Below, in pieces: positions 50,603 to 59,872 of a DNA stretch of 64,000 bases (position 1 is its first letter; each line of letters starts with the position of its first letter). Both the position numbers and the translations under genes were made by a program. Under the pieces are notes generated by a model. It was given only the letters and a program-made list of their open reading frames with translations. It did no database searches and was not told the DNA's origin. The stretch is taken from contig CAVSFE010000002.1 of the NCBI GenBank assembly GCA_963727315.1, positions 139,674 through 203,673 on the forward strand, read 5' to 3'. This DNA comes from an uncultured Chloroflexia bacterium. Lineage in GTDB: Bacteria > Chloroflexota > Dehalococcoidia > Dehalococcoidales > RBG-16-60-22.

Positions 50603-51373
50603 ATGAATGTTGTCCGGCTCTTTACCGATATTTTCACGATAACCGATTTTGAATTGAGAAAGATATGGCATGACGTTTCACAGGTCTTCATCCGGGCGGT
50701 GCAGCCGGTCCTATGGCTGCTCGTCTTCGGCCAGGTCTTTGCCGCGACCCGCCTGCTCCCCACCGGCAACTACGACTACATTCAATTCCTTACCCCCGGC
50801 GTTCTGGCCCAGTCAGTCATCTTCGTCGCCATTTTCTATGGGTTTAATATGGTCATGGACCGGGACATGGGGCTGTTACACAAACTACTCTCCACCCCCA
50901 TACCCCGCTACAGTATCGTTCTGGGCAAAACGCTTTCCGCCGGGGTACGTTCGGTCATTCAAGCCGCGGTAGTATTTATCCTGGCGCTGATCATCCGCGT
51001 CCACCTGATATTGACGCCGGTAAGCGTCATCGGGGTACTGGTGATTATCGTCCTCACCGGCATGTGCTTCTCCAGCCTGTCCATCTTCCTGGCTTCGTTC
51101 TTCAAGACCCGTGAACGCATGATGGGCATCGGCCAGGCTATTATCATGCCCCTCTTCTTTGCCTCGAGCGCCATCTACCCGATCGACATCATGCCCACGT
51201 GGCTGAAGGTGATCGCCCAGATTAATCCCCTCAGCTATATCGTCGAGGCCATGCGGGCATTGCTGGTGACCGCAGACTACCACCGGATAGCCCTGGACTT
51301 CGGCGTGACGTTTCTGGCGACAGCCGTCCTGGTCGGCCTGGCCTCCACGTCTTTCAGTCGCATCATCAGGTAA
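50603..51373 (+). CDS. ABC-2 type permease (DrrB-like)
   Basis: QPVLWL, PGVLAQ, LLSTP, PLFFASSAIYP, NPLSY. Confidence 0.92.
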   Translation: MNVVRLFTDIFTITDFELRKIWHDVSQVFIRAVQPVLWLLVFGQVFAATRLLPTGNYDYIQFLTPGVLAQSVIFVAIFYGFNMVMDRDMGLLHKLLSTPIPRYSIVLGKTLSAGVRSVIQAAVVFILALIIRVHLILTPVSVIGVLVIIVLTGMCFSSLSIFLASFFKTRERMMGIGQAIIMPLFFASSAIYPIDIMPTWLKVIAQINPLSYIVEAMRALLVTADYHRIALDFGVTFLATAVLVGLASTSFSRIIR

Positions 51374-51397
51374 CAACAAGGCCTGCTTTTGAGATAG

Positions 51398-52075
51398 CAG
51401 CGGCGGCAGAAAAAACGGCGGCAGGCGTGGTTTTCCTACCCATCGATAGTAAAGTCGATTCTGGATGAGTACAAAGTCGACCTGGTGCTGGATGTCGGTG
51501 CCAACGTGGGCCAGTTCGCCTTTTGCATGCGGAGAATATATCAAGGCCCGATAATTTCCTTCGAACCTGTATCACATACTTTCGCGGTACTAAAAGAAAC
51601 GGCCCCGGACGATAAAAACTGGTTCAAATTTAACTACGCGCTGGGAAACGAATCAGGCGAGCAGGAAATGAACGTATATGAAATGGACCAGTTGAGCTCG
51701 CTGCTGGAAACGAATGAAGAAAGCGCCCGGCGTTTTGGAGCGGGAGCCGCCAACCCGGTGAAAGAAAAGGTCCAGATTCGCCGTCTTGACGATATCGTGA
51801 AAGAGATGCCTTTTAACGTTTATTCAAGGAAGATTTTTTTAAAAACGGACACCCAGGGGTATGACCTGGAGGTCTTCAAAGGCGCCCGGAGCATCAGGGA
51901 AAACATCGTGGCCATCCAGACGGAGGTCTATCAGAAGCCCATTTACGATAAAGCGCCGCCCTGGACTGACAGCATCAGCGAATATACCAAGGCCGGTTTT
52001 AAATTCGCCGGGTTGTATCCGGTCGTCAGGGATGGCCTGTATTACAGGTCGAGCGATTGCCTGATGGTGAGGTAA
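51398..52075 (+). CDS. FkbM-family SAM-dependent methyltransferase (5' end possibly truncated)
   Basis: VLDVGANVGQF, ISFEPV, ALG, LKTDTQGYD; frame opens only after a TAG at 51395-51397, with no good RBS/start. Confidence 0.8.
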   Translation, partial: QRRQKKRRQAWFSYPSIVKSILDEYKVDLVLDVGANVGQFAFCMRRIYQGPIISFEPVSHTFAVLKETAPDDKNWFKFNYALGNESGEQEMNVYEMDQLSSLLETNEESARRFGAGAANPVKEKVQIRRLDDIVKEMPFNVYSRKIFLKTDTQGYDLEVFKGARSIRENIVAIQTEVYQKPIYDKAPPWTDSISEYTKAGFKFAGLYPVVRDGLYYRSSDCLMVR

Positions 52076-52091
52076 ACTGCCTAATTTGGAG

Positions 52092-52527
52092 ATGGTTAAA
52101 ATGGTAACATCCAGTGAGCCCGAGCGGGAATGGTCTATCCGGGAATACCGGGAAGGCGATGAAGCACAGATACTTGAGCTCCGGGGGATCGTACTGAGCG
52201 GCCGCCGCGACCTGACATAGTGGAAATGGATGTACCGGGACGGCCCGGAGCGCTTTGTTAATGGTTGCCGAGGCAAAGCAGAGGATAATCGGGTCAATGG
52301 CGGTTATACTCGTGCCTTTAAAAGTCGGGGACCAGGTCACCCGAGGCAGCCACGGTATTGATTTGATGGTCCACCCTGACTACCGGCGCCTGGGCATAAT
52401 GAAAAGGTTAGGTACGAAGTGCGGTCCATGCCTTAACGTCCGTATACTTGACCCAAATATTCCCAAGGAGCTCGCTACAAATCCCGCCAACTGGTATTAC
52501 GTGGTGGGCGATGGCGACTCGCTATAA
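52092..52527 (+). pseudogene. GNAT-family acetyltransferase remnant
   Basis: IREYREGDEAQILEL, in-frame TAG, WKWMY, frameshift, then DLMVHPDYRRLG (GNAT motif A) and a truncated end. Confidence 0.7.
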
Positions 52528-52594
52528 CAGTCTCGAGAATGCCTCTAAAGTCACGTTGCCGAAGTGATATAATTGTGCCATACTATTCAATGGT

Positions 52595-54064
52595 ATGAAC
52601 AGGGCTTTAAAACAAGACGCCTCTTACGGCGAAGTCGACAGGTCCGACCCCAAGAAAAACATCCGGGAAAAAGTCAATCTGCTGCTGCCGGACGGCCTGA
52701 TGATCGTGCTGGCCGCCATCATGGCGCCCATCGTGCTGGTGCCTATTTTCGTGACGTTGCCGGCGACCGTTGATACATCGTTAAAGTTCGCCGATTATTT
52801 TATCCTAGGCATATTTATCATCGAGTATCTCCTTAAAACCATCTTCGCCCGGGACGTCGTGAAACGCATCCTCAGTCCTTGGCACCTCCTCGACCTGGTG
52901 ATTATCGTTTTACCCCTGTTAAGCCTCCTGCCCGTCTTCGCCACCGACTTCGGCCTTTCTTTCCCGGTCCTGCGGCTAATACGGATATTACGGATATTCG
53001 CCCTGGGCGGCCGGGCCATCGACAGAAAAAGAGAGATGGCCGTCCCCGGACACGAAGCCGCCGCCGCGTTAAAACCTACCTCGGAAATACAGGTAATGGA
53101 CAGGAACCTGGAAAGCGTGTATAAAGACGTCCAGTACGGCCGGCTGCGGGATTTTCTTACCAACTCGACGAACACATGGATAGATATTTCCGGCATCACC
53201 GAGGGCGACTTCGAACGACTGAGCAATATCTTCGGTATACCGCGCATCCTCCTCGAAAGCGAGCTCGTCGACGAGGCTTTTCCGAGGATCGACTACTTTG
53301 AAAATTCGTCGATGATATTCGCGCGGGTCGCCAACATGAAGACCACTGATAAGAGCCCCGGGAAAATTATCGTGGACCGCGATGGCTTCCTCGTTATCTG
53401 CCAGGGGCAGAACATCATGACGCTTTCGAAAACCCATACCAGAATCTTCGACCTGATACTGGAAAAGGCCAAGAAAATCCATACCGCCCAGGAGCCGCTG
53501 GTCGTGACGATTTTATATACTCTCCTGAGGCACATACTCGATAAAGATAAACAGATTGTCACCTCCCTGGAGCAGGAGCTCGTCAGCCTGGAAAGCATAC
53601 CTTTCAAAGACAGCCCTTCCAATTTCCTGGAGGTGACTTTCAACCTTCGCAAAGAGGTCAACCAGGTCGTACCGTCGCTGATGCACCTCAAGGAAATCAT
53701 CTCCGAGATTTCCTCCAAGCGTGTGCCGCTGGAAGGATTCAGCGAACGACATGAGAAAGTCTTCGATATTCTGATGGACGAGGCATCCTACCTGCATGAA
53801 AACGCCGTGAACGTCAGGGACAATTTAGAGTCGATGATAGACCTTTATATCAACACGACTTCCCACCAGATGAATAAAGTGATGCGGCTCATCGCCGTGC
53901 TGACCTGCCTGGGGATAATCCCCGCCATCATACTGGGCGCCCTGGGTACGAACGTGTCCGGGAACCCCTGGGGCATTCAGCTCTGGCAGGTCTTTACGGT
54001 CCCCCTGCTGTTGATGCTGGTGCTGGCATGGATTTTCTACCGGCTCGGCTGGCTGAAATGGTAA
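52595..54064 (+). CDS. CorA-family divalent cation transporter with N-terminal voltage-sensor-like (S1-S4) domain
   Basis: S2 FIIEYLLK, S3 WHLLDL, S4 LRLIRILRI; CorA core WIDI, PRID, NEV-like HQMNKVMRL, GTN, PWG, two C-terminal TMs. Confidence 0.85.
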   Translation: MNRALKQDASYGEVDRSDPKKNIREKVNLLLPDGLMIVLAAIMAPIVLVPIFVTLPATVDTSLKFADYFILGIFIIEYLLKTIFARDVVKRILSPWHLLDLVIIVLPLLSLLPVFATDFGLSFPVLRLIRILRIFALGGRAIDRKREMAVPGHEAAAALKPTSEIQVMDRNLESVYKDVQYGRLRDFLTNSTNTWIDISGITEGDFERLSNIFGIPRILLESELVDEAFPRIDYFENSSMIFARVANMKTTDKSPGKIIVDRDGFLVICQGQNIMTLSKTHTRIFDLILEKAKKIHTAQEPLVVTILYTLLRHILDKDKQIVTSLEQELVSLESIPFKDSPSNFLEVTFNLRKEVNQVVPSLMHLKEIISEISSKRVPLEGFSERHEKVFDILMDEASYLHENAVNVRDNLESMIDLYINTTSHQMNKVMRLIAVLTCLGIIPAIILGALGTNVSGNPWGIQLWQVFTVPLLLMLVLAWIFYRLGWLKW

Positions 54065-54076
54065 TGCCAAATAAAA

Positions 54077-54110
54077 TCCCCTCCCCCGGTTAGCGAGCCG
54101 GGGGAGGGGA
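54077..54110. terminator. hairpin between convergent genes (probably bidirectional terminator)
   Basis: TCCCCTCCCCCGG-8 nt-CCGGGGGAGGGGA. Confidence 0.65.
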
Positions 54111-54133
54111 AAGCGAATGGAGGGAGCAATCCA

Positions 54134-57100
54134 TTAATGCACGGTTACCGCCGCGCCCAGGGTCTCTCCCTTGATATCCGGCTGGTAGTAGGAATAAGCG
54201 GTTGAAAGCACGCCCTTGGCCTTCACCGGGTACAGCGCCCTGACCTGGAAATCGAAGGCAATCCGCTGGCCCGGCTTCATGTTCTCCACGTAGAAGATGA
54301 CCTTTCGGCCGGCTATGTCATATCGCTTGATATTCGGCATGCGCAGTATCATGGCGTCGATGGAACCGGTCACCGCGGCGAAGCCCGTGGGCACCGAGAC
54401 ATCGAGCACAATCATGCCGGCTTCGGAGATATCCAGTTCGGGCAGAGGATTAAACTCGAGAGCCACCGACACTTTAACGAGGTCATCGACGGCAACCTCA
54501 GTGGTATCGTAGCCCACGTCTATATTGAGCATCTGCGCCGCCGGCGTTTCATCCGTAGCGGGCAGATTATAACGGCGCACTACCTGGGCGATAGCATCGC
54601 CCTGCCCTGCCACGATCATTTCAACATCGGCGTTAACCGGCACCGGCACAATCTGCAGGACATCGAAGTTGTCCTTATCTATTTTCAATGTCCTATCGAT
54701 GCCATCGCCCTTCAGCGTCACCGTAAGGTCTACATCCGACCGCGCCCCGGTGGCATACTCGATAAGCGCCTGCAGGGCGACCACGGTATCCTGCGTGGAG
54801 CCGAAGCCGCCATTAGCATTGCGTTTCGAGACGAGCCACTGCGAAGCCCGGGAAGCGTTCATGGCGTCGCCGTGCCCGACCAGCGCCAGGGCGGCGTAGG
54901 CGGTGTTCTCGATGTCCGAACACTGATTGATTTCCGGTCGGAACGGCGCTACCATCATCGGTCCGCCCTCTTTCCCCTGCGGTTCGGGGAGGGGCTCGAT
55001 GATTTCATCGCTGCCCCAGTGCAGGCCGTTCTCGTCCTCTTTCGCCAGCGACATCAGTTTGTTATAAGCTTCTTCCTTTAATGGGCTATCGGCTAGCTCC
55101 AGGGCGTAAGCCGTAATGGCGACCGCATAGGGGTCGGTCATCCCATCCAGCTTGGCCTCGAGGTACCTGACCGCCCGGCCGCCGGCGTCCGTTTCGCCGG
55201 CTTCGAGGAGGGCGATGGCCACAAAGGCGGTGAGGGCGTCCTTGCCCTTCAGCCCGCCCAGCATCTCCTGGTGGCAGACAAAGCCGACCTGGTCGAAAGA
55301 GCCGTCGGCGTTTTGATAAGAAGTAATCCAGTCGGCGGCCTGATTCAGCACACTTTCATCGATATAGATAAGCCCCTTCGCCTGGGCGAAGCACTTCAGC
55401 ACGAAGGCCGTCAGCCACAGGCTGCCGGACTCGTCGCTCATCCCGAAGGCGCTGAAGCTGCCGTCCGTGCGGCGGTAAGTCAGCTCGCGCTGATAGCCGG
55501 TGACCATGAGCTTTTCCGCCTTAGCCATGATTTCCGGCTTAATCTGGCCGCTCGATTGCAGGTACTTGGTGATATAGACGTCCGGGGCGAAGACAATCAT
55601 GTTCTGCTCGCCGCAGCCGAAGGGCATCTGCAGGAGGGCATCCAGCCCGTCGATGGTCTGCGTCAGGAAGCTGGAGGTCACGGCAACATAGACCCGGCCC
55701 GAGTCCTCGACCACCTCGCCGGGGATGGAAGTGTCGATAGATTCCGTGATGCCGCCTTTAAGAGTAATATTATCGATAATTTCCCGCGGCACGCCTTCAG
55801 GCTCGATGATGATGTTCTTGACCACAGCGTCCGCCGCCTCAGCGCTGCGGGCGCTTATCCTGACGTCCTTAATGCCGAGGCCGACGGGACGTATCGTGAA
55901 CTGCGCCGACCCGATATCGTTGGCGGCGATATTAATAGTCTGCGTCGGGCTATCCAGCAGCTCGAACCAGTCGCCCTCTTCGATATCTACCTGCACATCC
56001 TGAGGCGTATCGAGATAGTTATAGACAGATACGCTCACCGGGAACTCCTCGCCACGAATGGCCGAATAAGGCAGGTCGATAGTCAGGAAGAAAGGCTGGA
56101 ACACCTTGAGGGAAGATTCCGCCACCCCGAGACCCTTGTCCTTAGAGATAGCCACGGCCCGCAACATCCAGGTGGTGATGGAATCCGGCACCGTTACCTG
56201 TTTGGTCACCTGGCCGTCGTCATTGGTCTCGAAGTCATCCCAGAGCCACGTCTCCGGGAAGAACTGGCGGACACGCTGCACATCGGCCAGCTGGCCGGCG
56301 TCTTCATGGGCAGCAGGGGGAATTAATATAGTCGGGGTTGGGGCGGGCGTAGCCACGGGCAAGATCAGTCCCCCGGCTTTGTCGGGTCCGTTCCACATCC
56401 CGAAGAAATTCGCAATCCTGCTGGCGATGCCGTTTTCCGCTTCATATTCTTTGCTCTGCGGCAATTTCTTATTGGTCATTACCACCACACCGGCGTCCTT
56501 GAAAATATCCTCGGTGCCGGGGACGGTATAGGTGGGGTAAAAAGAGACCTCGTGAACCTCCGCCTGCGGCTCCATGTAAAGCCGCTCCAGCTCATCGAAG
56601 ACCTGCTGGAGGTTGAGGCGGTTCTCCGCCAGAATAAACACCGATTTATCGACGGCGGCAATGCCGACCCTGGCCTGGCCGTCCGTCTGGATATTCAAAT
56701 CGATGTTTTCGCCGAGCGTGGCCTCGTCCTGGCTAAACCCGGCATCCACCGAAAGCGGATAGACCTCCTCCACCTGGAACGGGAGATAGTCAGCCGCCAC
56801 TTCGGCGTTAGGCAATATCTGGTAGACCAGCAGCTTCGCCGAGGGCGCCATCAGCGGCGTGACGCTAAAAGAAATGTCCCGGCTGGTGGTATAGTCGGAG
56901 AAGACGACGGCGCCCCGGGAAAGCACTTCGTAGTAAAAGTTCGTGGCGCGGTCGGTAGAATATACTTTGAAGCCGATTTTCTGCCCGATTTTCGCCGTTC
57001 CTTCCGTGGTCTGTTCCAGGTGGATAAAGTTGCCGGAAGGCGAATATGAAGACTGTATCGTCTGCGAGGCATAAGAGTCTCCGGAGCTGGCTTCAATCAT

Positions 57101-58327
57101 CATGGCGATGGCTTCTTCCGGCGGGGCGAGCTCGAGGAGCGCCTTGCCTTTAGATGTATTGACGGTTTTAGTTTCCGTCTTGAAATCCTCGAAATTATCA
57201 TCCATGTAAGTAATGGTCAGGTTTACCCGACTGTCCACCGGCTGATTATCCGGCGTCTCGGTCAGCACCAGGACATTAAAAGGCAGGCCGGGCTTGAAGA
57301 CCGAGCCTTCCGGGATAAGCTGGAGATTCACCGAAGACTGCGCCACGGTAAGCAGTCGGCTGGTCTTTTCGACGTAGCCGGTGGCTTTCTCGGTAACAGT
57401 TATGTCAAGCTGGACGTTGCCCTGCCCGCCGGCAGACGGCGTGCCCGCCACGTATTCGGCGGGCGGCAGCTCAAAATCGGTTTCGCCATCGATTTCTTTC
57501 GTCAGGGTGGCATATTCTTCCCACTGCCCGACGTACCTGGTGGCGACGACGGTCACCTCACCACCGACCGGTTTGCCGAAGCTGTAATTGGCGCTGACGG
57601 TGCCCCGTACCGGCTCGTCCACCAGGAACCACTCCTTAGGCAGGTCGACGGTGACCTCGTACTTGGGCAGGACGTATTCCTCAACGCGCACGTCCAGCTG
57701 GCTGCTGGCTTTATCGGTGACGGCGTTGATTTTCCAGACGCCGAGGTTAGGTTCATCGGAGAGAGGCAGGTCGACGCTGGCCATACCGTAGTCGTCCGTG
57801 TTTACATCAGAGCTAAAGACCTTGATGCCTTTGTAATCGAGGACATCCAGCGTGACCGGCTCGGTGACCGGCTTCAGCTCGGGGTCGAGGGTGAGGACGC
57901 GCATGTGGATGGTCTGCCCAGGCTTATAGATGGGTTTATCGGTCTCGATAAAGACGAGAAAGCTGTTCTCGACATTGATACTGGCTTTATCAGAGAAGGC
58001 GCTGCCCTTGACCTGGATTTCGTACTGGCCGTCGGCAACTTCGGGTATATCAAGAGAAACAGTGCCTTTTCCATCGATAGTCTGTTTAGCGCTGGTAATT
58101 TTCCGGCCGTCCTTGAAAAGGGCGACCTCCACTTTTTCTCTGGTAAGCTCGTCGCCGGCGAAAAGCGCCAGCGAGATGGCCTCGGTGCGGCCGCTGTGCA
58201 GGACTTTGGGCAGGACCGCGATATAGCTGCTGGCCGCCAGCGCGGGCCGACCGCACGAGGGCACCAGCCCGATGACGAACGCCAGCACCATGATGAGCCC
58301 GATGACTTTGAAGATATTTTGTTTCAT
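54134..58327 (-). CDS. alpha-2-macroglobulin/thioester-containing protein (TEP/CD109/C3-like), predicted lipoprotein
   Basis: ETDKPIYKPGQ, EYVLPKYEV, RQFFPETWLW, DSITTW, PFGCGEQNM, WLTAFV, HQEMLGG, GGFGSTQDTVVALQAL; AGGAGG RBS and ATG at 58327; lipobox LVPSC. Confidence 0.93.
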   Translation of the reverse strand: MKQNIFKVIGLIMVLAFVIGLVPSCGRPALAASSYIAVLPKVLHSGRTEAISLALFAGDELTREKVEVALFKDGRKITSAKQTIDGKGTVSLDIPEVADGQYEIQVKGSAFSDKASINVENSFLVFIETDKPIYKPGQTIHMRVLTLDPELKPVTEPVTLDVLDYKGIKVFSSDVNTDDYGMASVDLPLSDEPNLGVWKINAVTDKASSQLDVRVEEYVLPKYEVTVDLPKEWFLVDEPVRGTVSANYSFGKPVGGEVTVVATRYVGQWEEYATLTKEIDGETDFELPPAEYVAGTPSAGGQGNVQLDITVTEKATGYVEKTSRLLTVAQSSVNLQLIPEGSVFKPGLPFNVLVLTETPDNQPVDSRVNLTITYMDDNFEDFKTETKTVNTSKGKALLELAPPEEAIAMMIEASSGDSYASQTIQSSYSPSGNFIHLEQTTEGTAKIGQKIGFKVYSTDRATNFYYEVLSRGAVVFSDYTTSRDISFSVTPLMAPSAKLLVYQILPNAEVAADYLPFQVEEVYPLSVDAGFSQDEATLGENIDLNIQTDGQARVGIAAVDKSVFILAENRLNLQQVFDELERLYMEPQAEVHEVSFYPTYTVPGTEDIFKDAGVVVMTNKKLPQSKEYEAENGIASRIANFFGMWNGPDKAGGLILPVATPAPTPTILIPPAAHEDAGQLADVQRVRQFFPETWLWDDFETNDDGQVTKQVTVPDSITTWMLRAVAISKDKGLGVAESSLKVFQPFFLTIDLPYSAIRGEEFPVSVSVYNYLDTPQDVQVDIEEGDWFELLDSPTQTINIAANDIGSAQFTIRPVGLGIKDVRISARSAEAADAVVKNIIIEPEGVPREIIDNITLKGGITESIDTSIPGEVVEDSGRVYVAVTSSFLTQTIDGLDALLQMPFGCGEQNMIVFAPDVYITKYLQSSGQIKPEIMAKAEKLMVTGYQRELTYRRTDGSFSAFGMSDESGSLWLTAFVLKCFAQAKGLIYIDESVLNQAADWITSYQNADGSFDQVGFVCHQEMLGGLKGKDALTAFVAIALLEAGETDAGGRAVRYLEAKLDGMTDPYAVAITAYALELADSPLKEEAYNKLMSLAKEDENGLHWGSDEIIEPLPEPQGKEGGPMMVAPFRPEINQCSDIENTAYAALALVGHGDAMNASRASQWLVSKRNANGGFGSTQDTVVALQALIEYATGARSDVDLTVTLKGDGIDRTLKIDKDNFDVLQIVPVPVNADVEMIVAGQGDAIAQVVRRYNLPATDETPAAQMLNIDVGYDTTEVAVDDLVKVSVALEFNPLPELDISEAGMIVLDVSVPTGFAAVTGSIDAMILRMPNIKRYDIAGRKVIFYVENMKPGQRIAFDFQVRALYPVKAKGVLSTAYSYYQPDIKGETLGAAVTVH

Positions 58328-58519
58328 AACCCGACCTCCTTGTCCCCTTTTTCCCTGCCACCACAATCTATATAACGTCAGCCGGCAAAAAAAGTTATTG
58401 AGCCCGGAAAATTCCGGGAGGTTGATGGTTAAGCAGCGCCCGCTTTTGTAATATCCGTAGCGCGCTGGTATAATCATGGGTAAATATTTTATTAGCGATA
58501 AGAAAGGAACGAACCGAGC

Positions 58520-59860
58520 ATGACTGACAAGGCCTGGGCCGAGATGACCCCGCAGGAAAAAAGGGACCGGCGTCTAAAGGGATGGCTGAATAACTGGGGA
58601 ATTAAGTTCCCCAACTCTGAAGTTGAAAAAGCCTTTAAAACGAGGATACAGAGGCTAATTGACGTGTATAACGTGACCGAGCCGGACCAGGTGCCGGTTA
58701 CACTGCCGGTGGGCAATCTGCCCCTGAAAATGTTCGGCGTGACTGCCTACGACGCGATGTACGACATCGAGAAATCCCTCCAGGCCACGGCCAAATTCAA
58801 TCAAAAATACGCCGAGGAGCTGGAGTCCACCGCCGGCTTTTTCTACTCGCCGGGACAGGTCCTGGACCTGCTGGACTATAAACTCTACGCCTGGCCGGGG
58901 CACGGTCTCGTTAAAGACGGCACGAGCTGGCAGTTCATCGAGGGCGAATACATGAGGGAAGACGAATACGACGACCTTATCCGCGACCCCTCCGACTTCT
59001 GGATAAGGACCTATATGCCGAGGGTCTTCGGCGCCCTCGAGCCTCTGCGGCTGTTCCAGCCCTTCACCAATATCACCGAAAACGTTCACGTCAGCCAGTT
59101 CATGCCCCTGGCGGCGCCGCAGGTACAGGAGATGCTCCAGAAAATGCTCGACGTGGGCAAAGAATACCAGAAGCTCATGCAGGTCATGGGGAAAGCCGGG
59201 ATGGGGGGCACATCGCTGGCGTTCATGGGCGGAGGGTTCGCCAAAGCGCCTTTCGATACCCTCGGCGATACGCTGCGGGGCACCAGCGCCATCATGAAGG
59301 ACATGTTCCGCCGGCCCGAAAAGGTTTTAAAAGCCCTGGACGTGCTGGCTGACCTGCAGATAAGCACGGTCTTAAAATCGCCCAACATCGAAAGGCTCAC
59401 CACCGTCATGTACCCCCTGCACAAAGGGGCGGACGGCTGGATGTCCCAGAAGCAGTTCGATACCTTTTACTGGCCGTCCCTTAAAAAGGTGATGAACGCC
59501 TTTATTAATGAGGGGCTCATCCAGGTCATGTTCGCCGAGGGCAGCTTCAATACCCGCCTGGCGCACATCGACGAGTTCCCCAAGGGCTCGGTGGTATGGT
59601 ACTTCGACCGCACGGACATGTCCCTAGCCAAGAAGATCCTGGGCAAGAAATACTGCCTGCAGGGCAACGTGCCGTCATCGATGATTGTGACCGGCCACCC
59701 GAAGGACGTCAAGGAGTACTGCCGCCGGCTCATCGAGGAAGTCGGCAAGGGCGGCGGTTTTATCCTTTCGGCCGGCTCCGTGGCGGACAATCCCAAGCTG
59801 GAAAACCTCCAAGCGATGATGGCGGCGGTGCGGGAATACGGGCGGTACCGTAATAAATAA
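58520..59860 (+). CDS. uroporphyrinogen decarboxylase-family protein (URO-D/methyltransferase-like)
   Basis: EPDQVPV, APFDTLG, WPSLKK, GNVP, GGGFILSAG. Confidence 0.85.
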   Translation: MTDKAWAEMTPQEKRDRRLKGWLNNWGIKFPNSEVEKAFKTRIQRLIDVYNVTEPDQVPVTLPVGNLPLKMFGVTAYDAMYDIEKSLQATAKFNQKYAEELESTAGFFYSPGQVLDLLDYKLYAWPGHGLVKDGTSWQFIEGEYMREDEYDDLIRDPSDFWIRTYMPRVFGALEPLRLFQPFTNITENVHVSQFMPLAAPQVQEMLQKMLDVGKEYQKLMQVMGKAGMGGTSLAFMGGGFAKAPFDTLGDTLRGTSAIMKDMFRRPEKVLKALDVLADLQISTVLKSPNIERLTTVMYPLHKGADGWMSQKQFDTFYWPSLKKVMNAFINEGLIQVMFAEGSFNTRLAHIDEFPKGSVVWYFDRTDMSLAKKILGKKYCLQGNVPSSMIVTGHPKDVKEYCRRLIEEVGKGGGFILSAGSVADNPKLENLQAMMAAVREYGRYRNK

Positions 59861-59872
59861 CAGGCAAAACAT

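Noticed and set aside
48948-52560. Genomic island integrated at tRNA-Asp
   Set aside because: No integrase, no duplicated tRNA 3' end seen and no clear compositional break
58328-58477. 50-aa N-terminal extension of the thioester protein in the ORF track
   Set aside because: A strong RBS and lipoprotein signal begin at ATG 58327; the upstream part looks like promoter region
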